A DNA stretch of 64,000 nt from a virus: positions 1-64,000 of the IMG/VR virus record IMGVR_UViG_3300009068_000001. The stretch is one strand, 5' to 3'. The number at the start of each line of letters is the position of its first letter. Position 1 is the stretch's first letter. Under the pieces are notes generated by a model. The model saw nothing but the letters and a program-made list of their open reading frames with translations. It had not been told where the DNA came from and made no database searches. Both the position numbers and the translations under genes were made by a program. Below are positions 1 to 8,179 of the stretch, piece by piece.

Positions 1-2
1 GT

Positions 3-665
3 ACTCTTTATGACCGTGGTTATCGTATTCGATACGCCAACAAATTCAACAAGTCTAGCGATATACAGATAGTAATGCCGTGGATGAACAACCACCCATT
101 AATAACTATACATCCAGACAATACTAAAACATTATATTCACCAAGTACAGTCACAACACATTGGGGTGGTTCATGGACCCCATTACGTGCGTATAGTGTT
201 CGATTTACCATCTATAAATATACAGGCATTGAGGTTGTGCAACGCAACTATGCTTTTAAATTGTATGAACAAGATGCAAAGATAACTCCACCAAAAATAC
301 AAGGCTGTCGTAATTGTAGTCAAACTGGTTTTGTAGATGGTTGGTGTAATTCACTTGCTTGTTGGGATGTAGATAGTAAAACAAATAGTTGTCCTGCACA
401 TATGGAACTTAAACTATCAGAGGCAGAGATAGACCGTGGCAGACATATCCTGCCATGTGAACATGGAAGCCTTACAAGTCACGAAGTAAAGCGTGGTCAA
501 CAATGTTATTACTGTAATGGTACTAAAAAACGTGACTACGGAAGTAAACGAGTTTCTCTATCTTGGGATGGTTCGCCTATCAAGGTAGAGAATGGCAACA
601 TAGTAAGAAAACCACTAACCGATCTAGAAAGGATAGTAGCCGCTTATGCTGGACCTACATCTTAA
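3..665 (+). CDS. Hypothetical protein with Cys clusters; 5' end probably truncated by the window edge
   Basis: Frame of ORF 75..665 is open back to base 3 (TLYDRGYRIRYANKF...); CRNC, CYYC and other Cys motifs. Confidence 0.6.
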   Translation, partial: TLYDRGYRIRYANKFNKSSDIQIVMPWMNNHPLITIHPDNTKTLYSPSTVTTHWGGSWTPLRAYSVRFTIYKYTGIEVVQRNYAFKLYEQDAKITPPKIQGCRNCSQTGFVDGWCNSLACWDVDSKTNSCPAHMELKLSEAEIDRGRHILPCEHGSLTSHEVKRGQQCYYCNGTKKRDYGSKRVSLSWDGSPIKVENGNIVRKPLTDLERIVAAYAGPTS

Positions 666-1146
666 GTACGATCCAAACATCTCAGTAGCATCACACACAA
701 CTGCAGGAACAACCGAACCTGTAGTAGCTGCTGATTTACTCAAAGGTGGACACATCCCGGAGAACTTAGTATTAATCTCCGAGATATCTACCAACTTCAG
801 AGATGCAGTCATTAACAGACTAGTAACAACTAGTGACGGTGACGATGCAGAACGAGTAGTACAACTACTCTCTGCAGCAATCTCTTCTACTCCTGATGAA
901 ATGGTTAGCACCATTAAAACATACAGCGAGTACCTTGCCCCGCTCTCATTTGCATGGGGCGAAACTGTTCTGGCTACACGTACAGTATTACGTAATAAGC
1001 CAGGCAACTCCGGGAACTTCTTAGCAACCATTGCTGATGCATTGAATAAGAAGATGAACAGTGAAATGTTCAAGTCCCTCATCATGAACAGCACAGCCAG
1101 TGCTGAGCAGGTAGTAGAGCTTGAAAAAGCTCAAGGCAAATACTAG
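646..1146 (+). CDS. Hypothetical protein (166 aa)
   Basis: ORF overlapping the previous gene end, preceded by AAGGA; co-oriented with neighbours. Confidence 0.6.
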   Translation: MLDLHLKYDPNISVASHTTAGTTEPVVAADLLKGGHIPENLVLISEISTNFRDAVINRLVTTSDGDDAERVVQLLSAAISSTPDEMVSTIKTYSEYLAPLSFAWGETVLATRTVLRNKPGNSGNFLATIADALNKKMNSEMFKSLIMNSTASAEQVVELEKAQGKY

Positions 1147-1147
1147 C

Positions 1148-1159
1148 CCAACACAAACA
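1148..1159 (+). repeat. Dispersed 12-mer CCAACACAAACA, copy 1
   Basis: Exact match starting 2 nt after the TAG at 1144-1146. Confidence 0.85.
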
Positions 1160-1184
1160 AACCACACCCGAGAAAGGGTAACCA

Positions 1185-1481
1185 ATGTCCCAAGAGGATA
1201 AATTGGAAGTTGACGAATTACCGTCAAAAGAAGAAATACTACATGATATCAACGCATGTGGTAACTGTGGTATGAGAATCCAAGCACACCAAAAGTACTT
1301 GGAGATCTTCAACACCCGTCGTAAAAACTACGAGCATTACCACGAGTCATATCTTGGTTGCTACGAGTCTACAAGGGAAACCGGTCGAAGAGCAATCGTA
1401 GACCGTTGGCAAAAAAATATCAATTGGGATCAATATGATCTTGATGGTTCAGTTCGTATCTCAACCGGGTGGCAACTATAG
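1185..1481 (+). CDS. Hypothetical protein (98 aa, CGNC motif)
   Basis: ORF with GAAAGGG SD-like sequence upstream. Confidence 0.6.
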   Translation: MSQEDKLEVDELPSKEEILHDINACGNCGMRIQAHQKYLEIFNTRRKNYEHYHESYLGCYESTRETGRRAIVDRWQKNINWDQYDLDGSVRISTGWQL

Positions 1482-1717
1482 GCTAACGACTAGAGGCGGG
1501 AGTTCTTTTGAACGAAAACCTCATTCCGTTAGTTAGTTAAACACCCAATGTTTGGTTGGCCAAGCCCACCTCAAGCATACTTGATAAATTCAAGACCCGA
1601 ATAATTTACATGGCTCACGCAGTTAGTAGTACAAAGTAACTAGTTGTATGCGAGATGAGAAGACAAGGTGCGATGCAATCCAGTCCCTGTACGCAACGGG
1701 GGTAGGCCAACCAAACA
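1482..1717 (+). ncRNA. Candidate structured non-coding RNA or leader
   Basis: Largest intergenic gap seen; perfect 13-bp inverted repeat 1549-1561/1705-1717 enclosing three hairpins; a further hairpin domain at 1484-1539. Confidence 0.35.
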
Positions 1718-1736
1718 CTAAGAGGAAGGCAAACCT

Positions 1737-1973
1737 ATGTGTCACGAATGTGACGACGAAGGGATCGAACCTCAAGAGTTTACTCTTGACATGATTCCAG
1801 AAGAAGAGCGAGAAGAGTTCTTGGACTATGCAATTGATAAGTTCAAGAAAGTCATGGACAAAGCAAGTAAACATGACATATTGTTTGAGCTAATAACAGA
1901 ATGGCCTGCACAAAAGCAAGCCATGTTCACTTTCGCCACCATAATGGAAGACAGACTTCTAGGTGACGATTAA
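1737..1973 (+). CDS. Acidic hypothetical protein (78 aa)
   Basis: ORF with AGAGGAAGG SD; N-terminal CHEC. Confidence 0.7.
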   Translation: MCHECDDEGIEPQEFTLDMIPEEEREEFLDYAIDKFKKVMDKASKHDILFELITEWPAQKQAMFTFATIMEDRLLGDD

Positions 1974-1996
1974 ACCAAACAAGAGAAAGGTAACAA

Positions 1997-3406
1997 ATGG
2001 ACATAGCAATGTTCACTGAGTCATACAGTGAGGATCTTGATGGCAAGCGTCGTCAAGTTCTTCTTGTTCCACACGATAATAATATGCGTGTGTACTCTCG
2101 GTTAACGGATGGAACAAAGGGCCCCCACAATAAGTGGGAGGAAACTACTCTAACCGAACTGACAACTGAGATCTTTGACGAAGAGATATTGACACGCAGC
2201 CCTGTTGGTGTATATGTTACACCCGCAGATGAACGTGCAATTACTTCCAAGGGATACTCACCAGTGTTGGGCACCAAGGCATGCGACAAGCATTCCAAGG
2301 CTGACCTACCAGAAGATAAAACACCGGCAGTAGAAGTCATTTGTGGCCTCTACGAAAAAGTAAGTATAGGAGATGACTCATTGGAAACATACGTAACAGA
2401 TAACCGTGCTTCAACTAGCACGACAGTTCCATTGGTAGTTACTGTTCCAACACAAACAAACGAGGACGCTGCACCTGTTCAACAGTCCGCATCTCCATCG
2501 TTTGCTGTGTCATTAGCAACAGTTCCTCCAATTGAACTAGCTGAACGTTACATCCACCGTAAAGTCTATGGAGTTCAAGACTTCAAGACTTTTGATAAGG
2601 CTCGCAAGAACCATATCAATGTTCTTATCTACGGCCCAACAGGTCCAGGTAAGACTACAGCTGTTGAAGCGTGGGCCGCAGAACGTGGTCTTCGCATGGC
2701 AACAGTATCGGGTAACGCATCTATGGAATCTCGCCAATTATTCGGTGGCTTTATTCCTGACGGTGTTGGTGGCTATGGGTGGATTGATGGCCCAGTCACT
2801 GACGTAGTTCGCAACGGTGGTGTTCTATTGCTGGACGAGATGAACTTCATCAGTCCTAAAATCTACACCACTTTATATCCACTAACCGATGGTCGTCGTG
2901 CCATCACGCTATTGGACCACATGGGTGAAACAATTGTGGCTCACAAAGACTTAACAATCTTTGCAACCATGAACCCAGATTACATCGGCACCACACCGCT
3001 CAACTTTGCTATGCGTAACCGCTTTGACATTCAACTGTCATGGGATTACGATGACAACGTAGAGTCTCAACTGATTACATCTAAATCTTTGCTTCTTCTA
3101 GTAAAGCAATTGCGTGCTGAAGCAGCCAAGGGTCAGTATGAAACACCTATCTCAACTAACATGCTCATGGAAATCGAAGACTTCATCAAGGATGAAGATC
3201 TCGGCTATGTGTTTGCAGTTGAAAACTTCATTGCTCACTTCTCAGCAGACGAGCAAGCATCAGTGCGTTTGGTATTCCAGACACACGAATACAACATCAA
3301 GACTGACTTTGGTATCGAAATACCAGTTGAGTTAGAGAAGGAAGCAGATGTTGATATCGATACTCAGCTAGCACAGTGGGTATCAGCACAGTCCACCACA
3401 GTCTAA
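1997..3406 (+). CDS. MoxR/CbbQ/CobS-like AAA+ ATPase with N-terminal extension
   Basis: Walker A GPTGPGKT, Walker B LLLDEMN, sensor ATMNP, Arg finger RNRF. Confidence 0.9.
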   Translation: MDIAMFTESYSEDLDGKRRQVLLVPHDNNMRVYSRLTDGTKGPHNKWEETTLTELTTEIFDEEILTRSPVGVYVTPADERAITSKGYSPVLGTKACDKHSKADLPEDKTPAVEVICGLYEKVSIGDDSLETYVTDNRASTSTTVPLVVTVPTQTNEDAAPVQQSASPSFAVSLATVPPIELAERYIHRKVYGVQDFKTFDKARKNHINVLIYGPTGPGKTTAVEAWAAERGLRMATVSGNASMESRQLFGGFIPDGVGGYGWIDGPVTDVVRNGGVLLLDEMNFISPKIYTTLYPLTDGRRAITLLDHMGETIVAHKDLTIFATMNPDYIGTTPLNFAMRNRFDIQLSWDYDDNVESQLITSKSLLLLVKQLRAEAAKGQYETPISTNMLMEIEDFIKDEDLGYVFAVENFIAHFSADEQASVRLVFQTHEYNIKTDFGIEIPVELEKEADVDIDTQLAQWVSAQSTTV

Positions 3407-3415
3407 GGAGGTTAT

Positions 3416-5269
3416 ATGTTTCAAGAAGACCTAAATGAACAGTGGTATATGAAAGAGAAAGATGAGGAAACACAGCTACGTGCTGTAAGACTCAATGCTC
3501 TCTGTCGTGTGTACGAACAAGCTGACCGTGTTCTCTCTGGAGACCCGGTCATTATTAATGTAGTAGAGGATGGTCCAGCACCTGCGTGGTCTGACGGTCA
3601 ATCTATTACCTTTAATGCTAGTGAGATTGAGGAGATGGATCTTGAGACACTAACTCAAGTCAATGGCCTGAACTATCACGAGCTTGCTCATCATTTGTAC
3701 ACACCTCGTAAAGGTACTACGTTCATCAAGTGGGTTATGGAGAATGACTATCTTGAGTCTGCAAACATGTTGGAAGACCAACGTATCGAGACTTTGTTAG
3801 TTGCTCGCTATCCATCCATTGCACCGTATCTAACAGCCACAGTTGCTAGGTGGTTGTCAAGCACACCCGAAGAGGCTATAGGTAACTATATGCTAGTGCG
3901 TGGTCGTAGATACTTACCAATTGAAATCAGACAAGCATTCAGAGATATGTTTGCTAAGCCTGAACTCGTGCCAGTCATTGCAGATATTGTAGATCAATAT
4001 CGTGTGCTGGCATTCCCACGTGACTATGCCAAAGGTCAAGAGCTAATCAAACGTTGGAACGATGAGGTACTAGGAAAGCTAGACTTCCCTAAGATGCCTC
4101 AAGGTCCTAACGGATGTAGCTCACGTGATCCTGTAGGTAAAGGTCGTCCCGAACCTGGTAAGGCACAGGAGAGAGATGCACAACGTGCTACCGGTATGGG
4201 TAACGCTGAGTCTACAAGTATGCAGGCTAAGCCTAATCCAACTACCAACACAAACAAACCACCGCAACCACGCACAGCTGAAGAAGCTCTAGCAATTAGA
4301 GAGCAAGCACAGCAATCAGAACAAGGACAAGAACCTGGTGGATTACAACCTGGTACAGGTCATGTAGAAAGCGTAGGTGGAATACCTAACAACGTACAAG
4401 AACTGCTTGAGGATACCATCCAATCAGTGTTAGAACGTAAAGACGTTCAACAGGATGTTAAGACGAAGCAAAAAGTAATTGTAGGTGGCGATGGTAAGCA
4501 CGATGATGTAGTCAAGAAAGGCAAGTTCGATATAACTACCGTACCTGCTGAATCTATGGTGCTTTATCGTAAGTTTGCACGTGAACTACAACGTTTGCGT
4601 GATGACTGTGAACCTGCGTGGCATCGTGAAGAAGCCAGCGGTAAACTCAATGTTCAACGTGCAATTAGAGGCTGTGAGATTGATCAAGCCTTTGATCGTT
4701 GGGATGAGGGTAACGATGGTGCTGATGTAGAAGCCGTAATCATGGTGGATAGGTCAGGATCTATGTCTGGGGGACGAAATGATATGCATGCATCAATTGC
4801 ATGTTGGACTATCAAACGTGCTCTAGAACAAATCGGTGCACCGGTTACGGTGTACGCATTCGATGATAAGGCTGAGCTAGCTTATGGTCGTAATGAAATG
4901 GCAAGTAGAACACAATACAAGTTCATATATGGCAATGGTGGAACTAATCCATACTCCACATTGCTTGCTGCCGAACAGCTACTCATGTCTTCTCGTAAGA
5001 AAAACAAGATGCTGTTCATGATTACCGATGGTGCGTTTGATGAACATAAGAATGATGAAATCATTCAACGCATATCAAAGCGTGGCATCTTAACAGTCAT
5101 GACTTTAATCATGAGTGATAGAGACATGGAATACTACGAAGATCGTGGTATGGAAGAGAAAACTTGGCGACATGGTACTGAAGTCTATGGCCGTATTAAA
5201 ACAGCCAAAGACTTACTACCATTTGCTAAGTCTGTAGTAACCGGCGCCATCAAAAAACGTGGGCGCTAA
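3416..5269 (+). CDS. HExxH metallopeptidase-like plus VWA (MIDAS) protein, partner of the MoxR ATPase (CobT-like)
   Basis: HELAHH motif, LED.RIE; MIDAS DRSGSM, GGT, ITDG; GGAGG SD. Confidence 0.88.
   Translation: MFQEDLNEQWYMKEKDEETQLRAVRLNALCRVYEQADRVLSGDPVIINVVEDGPAPAWSDGQSITFNASEIEEMDLETLTQVNGLNYHELAHHLYTPRKGTTFIKWVMENDYLESANMLEDQRIETLLVARYPSIAPYLTATVARWLSSTPEEAIGNYMLVRGRRYLPIEIRQAFRDMFAKPELVPVIADIVDQYRVLAFPRDYAKGQELIKRWNDEVLGKLDFPKMPQGPNGCSSRDPVGKGRPEPGKAQERDAQRATGMGNAESTSMQAKPNPTTNTNKPPQPRTAEEALAIREQAQQSEQGQEPGGLQPGTGHVESVGGIPNNVQELLEDTIQSVLERKDVQQDVKTKQKVIVGGDGKHDDVVKKGKFDITTVPAESMVLYRKFARELQRLRDDCEPAWHREEASGKLNVQRAIRGCEIDQAFDRWDEGNDGADVEAVIMVDRSGSMSGGRNDMHASIACWTIKRALEQIGAPVTVYAFDDKAELAYGRNEMASRTQYKFIYGNGGTNPYSTLLAAEQLLMSSRKKNKMLFMITDGAFDEHKNDEIIQRISKRGILTVMTLIMSDRDMEYYEDRGMEEKTWRHGTEVYGRIKTAKDLLPFAKSVVTGAIKKRGR
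4245..4256 (+). repeat. Dispersed 12-mer CCAACACAAACA, copy 2 (intragenic, in a low-complexity linker)
   Basis: Exact match inside the VWA gene. Confidence 0.75.
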
Positions 5270-5281
5270 CCAACACAAACA
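5270..5281 (+). repeat. Dispersed 12-mer CCAACACAAACA, copy 3
   Basis: Exact match directly after TAA 5267-5269 and abutting the AAGGAG SD of the next gene. Confidence 0.85.
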
Positions 5282-5292
5282 AAGGAGAGCAA

Positions 5293-5484
5293 ATGCACGT
5301 CATATTCGACAGTCTCACTGAGACTTTGATAGGTCCCTTCAATGATTACGAGAGCGCCCAGATGTGGCTCTTGTATGCATCAGATGAAATAGCAGATGGT
5401 GGGGCTAACCTCACTATCGAATCTATCTCTGAACCAGAAGAATGGGCACAAGATAACCAAATCACAATGTCGGCACTAGTATGA
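5293..5484 (+). CDS. Hypothetical protein (63 aa)
   Basis: Strong AAGGAG SD. Confidence 0.7.
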   Translation: MHVIFDSLTETLIGPFNDYESAQMWLLYASDEIADGGANLTIESISEPEEWAQDNQITMSALV

Positions 5485-5615
5485 ACGCCGATGTTGTAGA
5501 TATTACAGCGTGGCGCAACAGAATCAAAGTACGTAAGCTTTTGTTAGACTATGAAGCTGATGACTTGATACCCATGATATTAGGTAATCATGGCCAAGAA
5601 GAAGAAGAAAGATAA
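5481..5615 (+). CDS. Small hypothetical protein (44 aa, MNADVVDITAW...), not in the ORF track
   Basis: ATGA overlap with the previous stop; fills the gap. Confidence 0.45.
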   Translation: MNADVVDITAWRNRIKVRKLLLDYEADDLIPMILGNHGQEEEER

Positions 5616-5778
5616 AAGCACCGTAACTCCATACGGAACACATACGTTCAAAAAAACAAAAACAAGAGCTGGTGGTTCCTTTATGAGAGTAGGTGGCAGA
5701 CGCAGAGTTCGTAGAGACAGATTAACAGCGGGTAAGTTCCCCGTAGTAACTACGCACATAAATAACAAGGAGGAGTAA
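5590..5778 (+). CDS. Small basic protein (62 aa)
   Basis: Lys/Arg-rich ORF, TAATG-coupled to the next gene. Confidence 0.5.
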   Translation: MAKKKKKDKSTVTPYGTHTFKKTKTRAGGSFMRVGGRRRVRRDRLTAGKFPVVTTHINNKEE

Positions 5779-6242
5779 TGGTTAACACATTCCTACCATG
5801 GCCAGATGAACAGAAAACAGCTAAATCCTTAGACAATAAGAGACTAGGTAAGCAACGTGTTGAAGCATTGCAAATACTTAGGGCCAACTTAGGTCTAACT
5901 AAGGGATGGCGCAATCACCCAGCAGCAGTTATGTGGCGTGGGCATGAAGGTGCTCTTGCTCAATATATCTGTGCAATGTGTGACGAATGGGAAGCACGTG
6001 GGTATACAGACAATGTGCGTGCCCAAGTACTAGAGTTGTGGAAGACTAATAACTTCCCCGACTCTTCGTTTAATCCACCCTGGTGGTGGGGTAAGCGACA
6101 GTTTCATCGTTCCCACAAATCTAATCTAAAGCGCAAAGATCCTGATTACTACAGTTTCAATGTGCCAGACGATCTGCCATACCGATGGCCTACACCAGAC
6201 GGTACCTTCCGTACAACAGTTAAAAAGGAGAAAAAGATATGA
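5778..6242 (+). CDS. Pyrimidine-dimer DNA glycosylase-like protein (MSMEG_6728/DenV-related family)
   Basis: TFLP...LDNKRLGKQRVEALQIL, GWRNHPA..MWRGHE, HRSHKSNL signatures. Confidence 0.75.
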   Translation: MVNTFLPWPDEQKTAKSLDNKRLGKQRVEALQILRANLGLTKGWRNHPAAVMWRGHEGALAQYICAMCDEWEARGYTDNVRAQVLELWKTNNFPDSSFNPPWWWGKRQFHRSHKSNLKRKDPDYYSFNVPDDLPYRWPTPDGTFRTTVKKEKKI

Positions 6243-6721
6243 TAGTGACACGCAAACAAGCCTGTGAATTAATCGCAGAGTCACTTAACAATGACATCGA
6301 GTTAACCGGTGAGAAACTGGAAGCAGTTATCTTAGCAGTTAACTCAGACCTACAAGTGCGTGACTGGCTTATGGGTCTACCTAACAGATGGTCGTTAGAT
6401 GAGGGAATCAAGTTCATGCAGTACATGTGTGTACATTCTCCCACTGAAGATCTAGTGCCATTTGTAACGTTGCAAGCTCTTTACTACTATGAGCTAGGCG
6501 ACACAGAAAAATCAACCAGTCTATTGAACTACGCACTACGCCTTGATAAAGAATACTCATTAGCACTGTTGTTGTTAAGAGTATTCAATGCAGGGTGGCC
6601 AGTTGAACAGTTCAAGGTAATGCGTAACGAACTCGATCCTAAGATCCTTGAGAATTGTTACGGACCAGAAGGGGCAACAACCATCAAAGAGAATGGAGAG
6701 CTACAGTATGTCAATGTATAA
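6239..6721 (+). CDS. DUF4192-like helical protein
   Basis: DLQVRD..M motif and C-terminal ALRLD.EYSLALLL pattern typical of actinobacterial DUF4192. Confidence 0.5.
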   Translation: MIVTRKQACELIAESLNNDIELTGEKLEAVILAVNSDLQVRDWLMGLPNRWSLDEGIKFMQYMCVHSPTEDLVPFVTLQALYYYELGDTEKSTSLLNYALRLDKEYSLALLLLRVFNAGWPVEQFKVMRNELDPKILENCYGPEGATTIKENGELQYVNV

Positions 6722-6902
6722 AGTAACAATACACGATCATATAATCTATGACTATATGATTGAAGCAGATAGCGTACAGGAAGCTATAGACAAAGCAGAG
6801 GACACCATCACCAATGATGAGTCTCACCTATGGCTAGAGGATGAGCAGGCTGGTTGGACAGAGATCGGATCCGTGTATAACGAAGACGGCGAAGAGATTT
6901 GA
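6708..6902 (+). CDS. Hypothetical protein (likely start ATG 6708)
   Basis: GGAGAG SD at 6695-6700. Confidence 0.6.
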   Translation: MSMYKVTIHDHIIYDYMIEADSVQEAIDKAEDTITNDESHLWLEDEQAGWTEIGSVYNEDGEEI

Positions 6903-6928
6903 CCCAACACAAACAATCCCGCTAGAAT
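6899..6928 (+). promoter_or_regulatory. Candidate housekeeping-sigma promoter TTGACC-N18-TAGAAT containing 12-mer copy 4
   Basis: -35 at 6899-6904, -10 at 6923-6928. Confidence 0.5.
6904..6915 (+). repeat. Dispersed 12-mer CCAACACAAACA, copy 4
   Basis: Exact match 2 nt after TGA 6900-6902. Confidence 0.85.
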
Positions 6929-6950
6929 GGAATATGACGAGAGGGGATAT

Positions 6951-7139
6951 ATGGAGTACGACCTACGTGTAACGTTCAGAGTCAAGCTCAAGAAATGGAG
7001 AGTAGACGACCAAAGTGATCCAACCAACAGGGAGTGGAGCTTAAAAGTCTACGATAGGAATCTAGGTGAATGGATTCACATCAACCATCTTAATAGACCT
7101 GGTGAGGAAGCTTATCTAGAATCAGTACAAGAAATGTAA
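6951..7139 (+). CDS. Hypothetical protein (likely start ATG 6951)
   Basis: GAGGGG SD precedes 6951. Confidence 0.55.
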   Translation: MEYDLRVTFRVKLKKWRVDDQSDPTNREWSLKVYDRNLGEWIHINHLNRPGEEAYLESVQEM

Positions 7140-7140
7140 A

Positions 7141-7163
7141 GCCCCGGGGCGCAATCCCGGGGC
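7141..7163 (+). terminator. GC-rich hairpin after a stop codon (terminator or stabiliser; weak U tract)
   Basis: GCCCCGGG / CCCGGGGC stem. Confidence 0.5.
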
Positions 7164-7225
7164 CTTGAGGGTGTGAACTCTGTTCTTTAAGAGCTAACAC
7201 CTGTAGCATACACCAAGAAGGAGAA

Positions 7226-7471
7226 ATGAACACAATGCTGTTCTCACAACTTAATATAAAGACCAAAGAGATAAGGAAACTTGTCTCTGCCCTGGAAACA
7301 GCTGGCCTGACGGTCACGATAACTCCAGGTAAACACCATGTAAAAGTGGTTAACCCCGAGACAAAGAAAGTGGTCTTCTTTGGACCGCAATCCTTAGGGG
7401 ATCGAAGAGCCGGTAAGAACATCCTGCGTGATCTAAAGCATGTAGGTTTCAACCAAGATATAAATCTATAA
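7226..7471 (+). CDS. HicA-like small protein (mRNA interferase fold)
   Basis: EIRKLVSALETAG...GKHHVKV...DRRAGKNILRDLKHVG pattern; AAGGAG SD. Confidence 0.55.
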   Translation: MNTMLFSQLNIKTKEIRKLVSALETAGLTVTITPGKHHVKVVNPETKKVVFFGPQSLGDRRAGKNILRDLKHVGFNQDINL

Positions 7472-7481
7472 GGAGAAACAA

Positions 7482-7769
7482 ATGGCTAAAATAACACGAA
7501 CACTAAACGCAGCACTAACCAAGAACACATCAGTAGAAAAAGGCGGAGCATGGTTGTTAACTATCACCGAAGGTGTTAGCGGCGCTATCTCCGAAGGTCC
7601 GGGCGTACACTCTGCATGGGCAAATCCATCAGCAGCTAAACGTTATCTAAAAGCATACGTAATCAATAACACACCACGTAAGTCCATCAAGATGGTTGTT
7701 GGTGCAACCAATGACGCAGGAAAACCTACACACCTATCAGGTGAGTTAAGTTGGAAGGCAGATGCATAA
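7482..7769 (+). CDS. Hypothetical protein (95 aa)
   Basis: AAGGAG SD. Confidence 0.7.
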   Translation: MAKITRTLNAALTKNTSVEKGGAWLLTITEGVSGAISEGPGVHSAWANPSAAKRYLKAYVINNTPRKSIKMVVGATNDAGKPTHLSGELSWKADA

Positions 7770-7903
7770 TGGATATGGAAACAGTAGAGCCGTTTAAAAC
7801 GGTAAATGACATAGTAAAAGAAATAAAAGAAGCAGAACAACTATCACTACTAGAAACAAAACAGTGTAGCTGCGGTCATTGCAGTTGCGGGGGAGAGGTA
7901 TAA
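7769..7903 (+). CDS. Small protein (44 aa) ending CSCGHCSCG, not in the ORF track
   Basis: TAATG coupling; stop abuts the next ATG. Confidence 0.55.
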   Translation: MDMETVEPFKTVNDIVKEIKEAEQLSLLETKQCSCGHCSCGGEV

Positions 7904-8113
7904 ATGCCAAAGTTCAGAGTAATGTTTAGTATGCAAAAAACTGGCACACTAATCTTTGATGCTGATACAGCAGAGGATGCCAAGGATATATATGAACAGC
8001 TTCTAGCTGGTGATACATATCCAGATGAGTTGGAGAGCCATGAAGATATAGAAGACTCTGACACTCAATACTTTGAGTTAACCGATAACTCAGGTCGTGT
8101 GTTAGCTAGTTAA
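7904..8113 (+). CDS. Acidic hypothetical protein (69 aa)
   Basis: GGAGAGG SD; last + strand gene before the terminator. Confidence 0.65.
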   Translation: MPKFRVMFSMQKTGTLIFDADTAEDAKDIYEQLLAGDTYPDELESHEDIEDSDTQYFELTDNSGRVLAS

Positions 8114-8124
8114 TTAGGACAAGC

Positions 8125-8159
8125 AAAAGGCCCCTCGCTCTTAATTGAGCGGGGGGCCT
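8125..8159. terminator. Terminator hairpin at a strand convergence
   Basis: AGGCCCCTCGCTC-ttaatt-GAGCGGGGGGCCT, with an A tract at 8125-8128. Confidence 0.75.
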
Positions 8160-8161
8160 AA

Positions 8162-8173
8162 TGTTTGTGTTGG
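8162..8173 (-). repeat. Dispersed 12-mer CCAACACAAACA, copy 5 (minus strand)
   Basis: TGTTTGTGTTGG on +, 6 nt downstream of the minus-strand stop at 8180-8182. Confidence 0.8.
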
Positions 8174-8179
8174 CCGTTT

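Noticed and set aside
1482-1717. tRNA, hammerhead ribozyme or group I intron
   Set aside because: No cloverleaf with TTCGA/CCA, no CTGANGA core, and no ordered P/Q/R/S elements or split flanking gene.
1997-5269. Genuine cobaltochelatase CobST auxiliary metabolic genes
   Set aside because: No CobN; the HExxH-VWA architecture fits the generic phage MoxR-VWA pair.
1148-8173. Repeated 12-mer as a CRISPR or mini-array
   Set aside because: Copies are kilobases apart, short and separated by genes; the Cas4-like gene is a standard phage exonuclease with no other cas genes.
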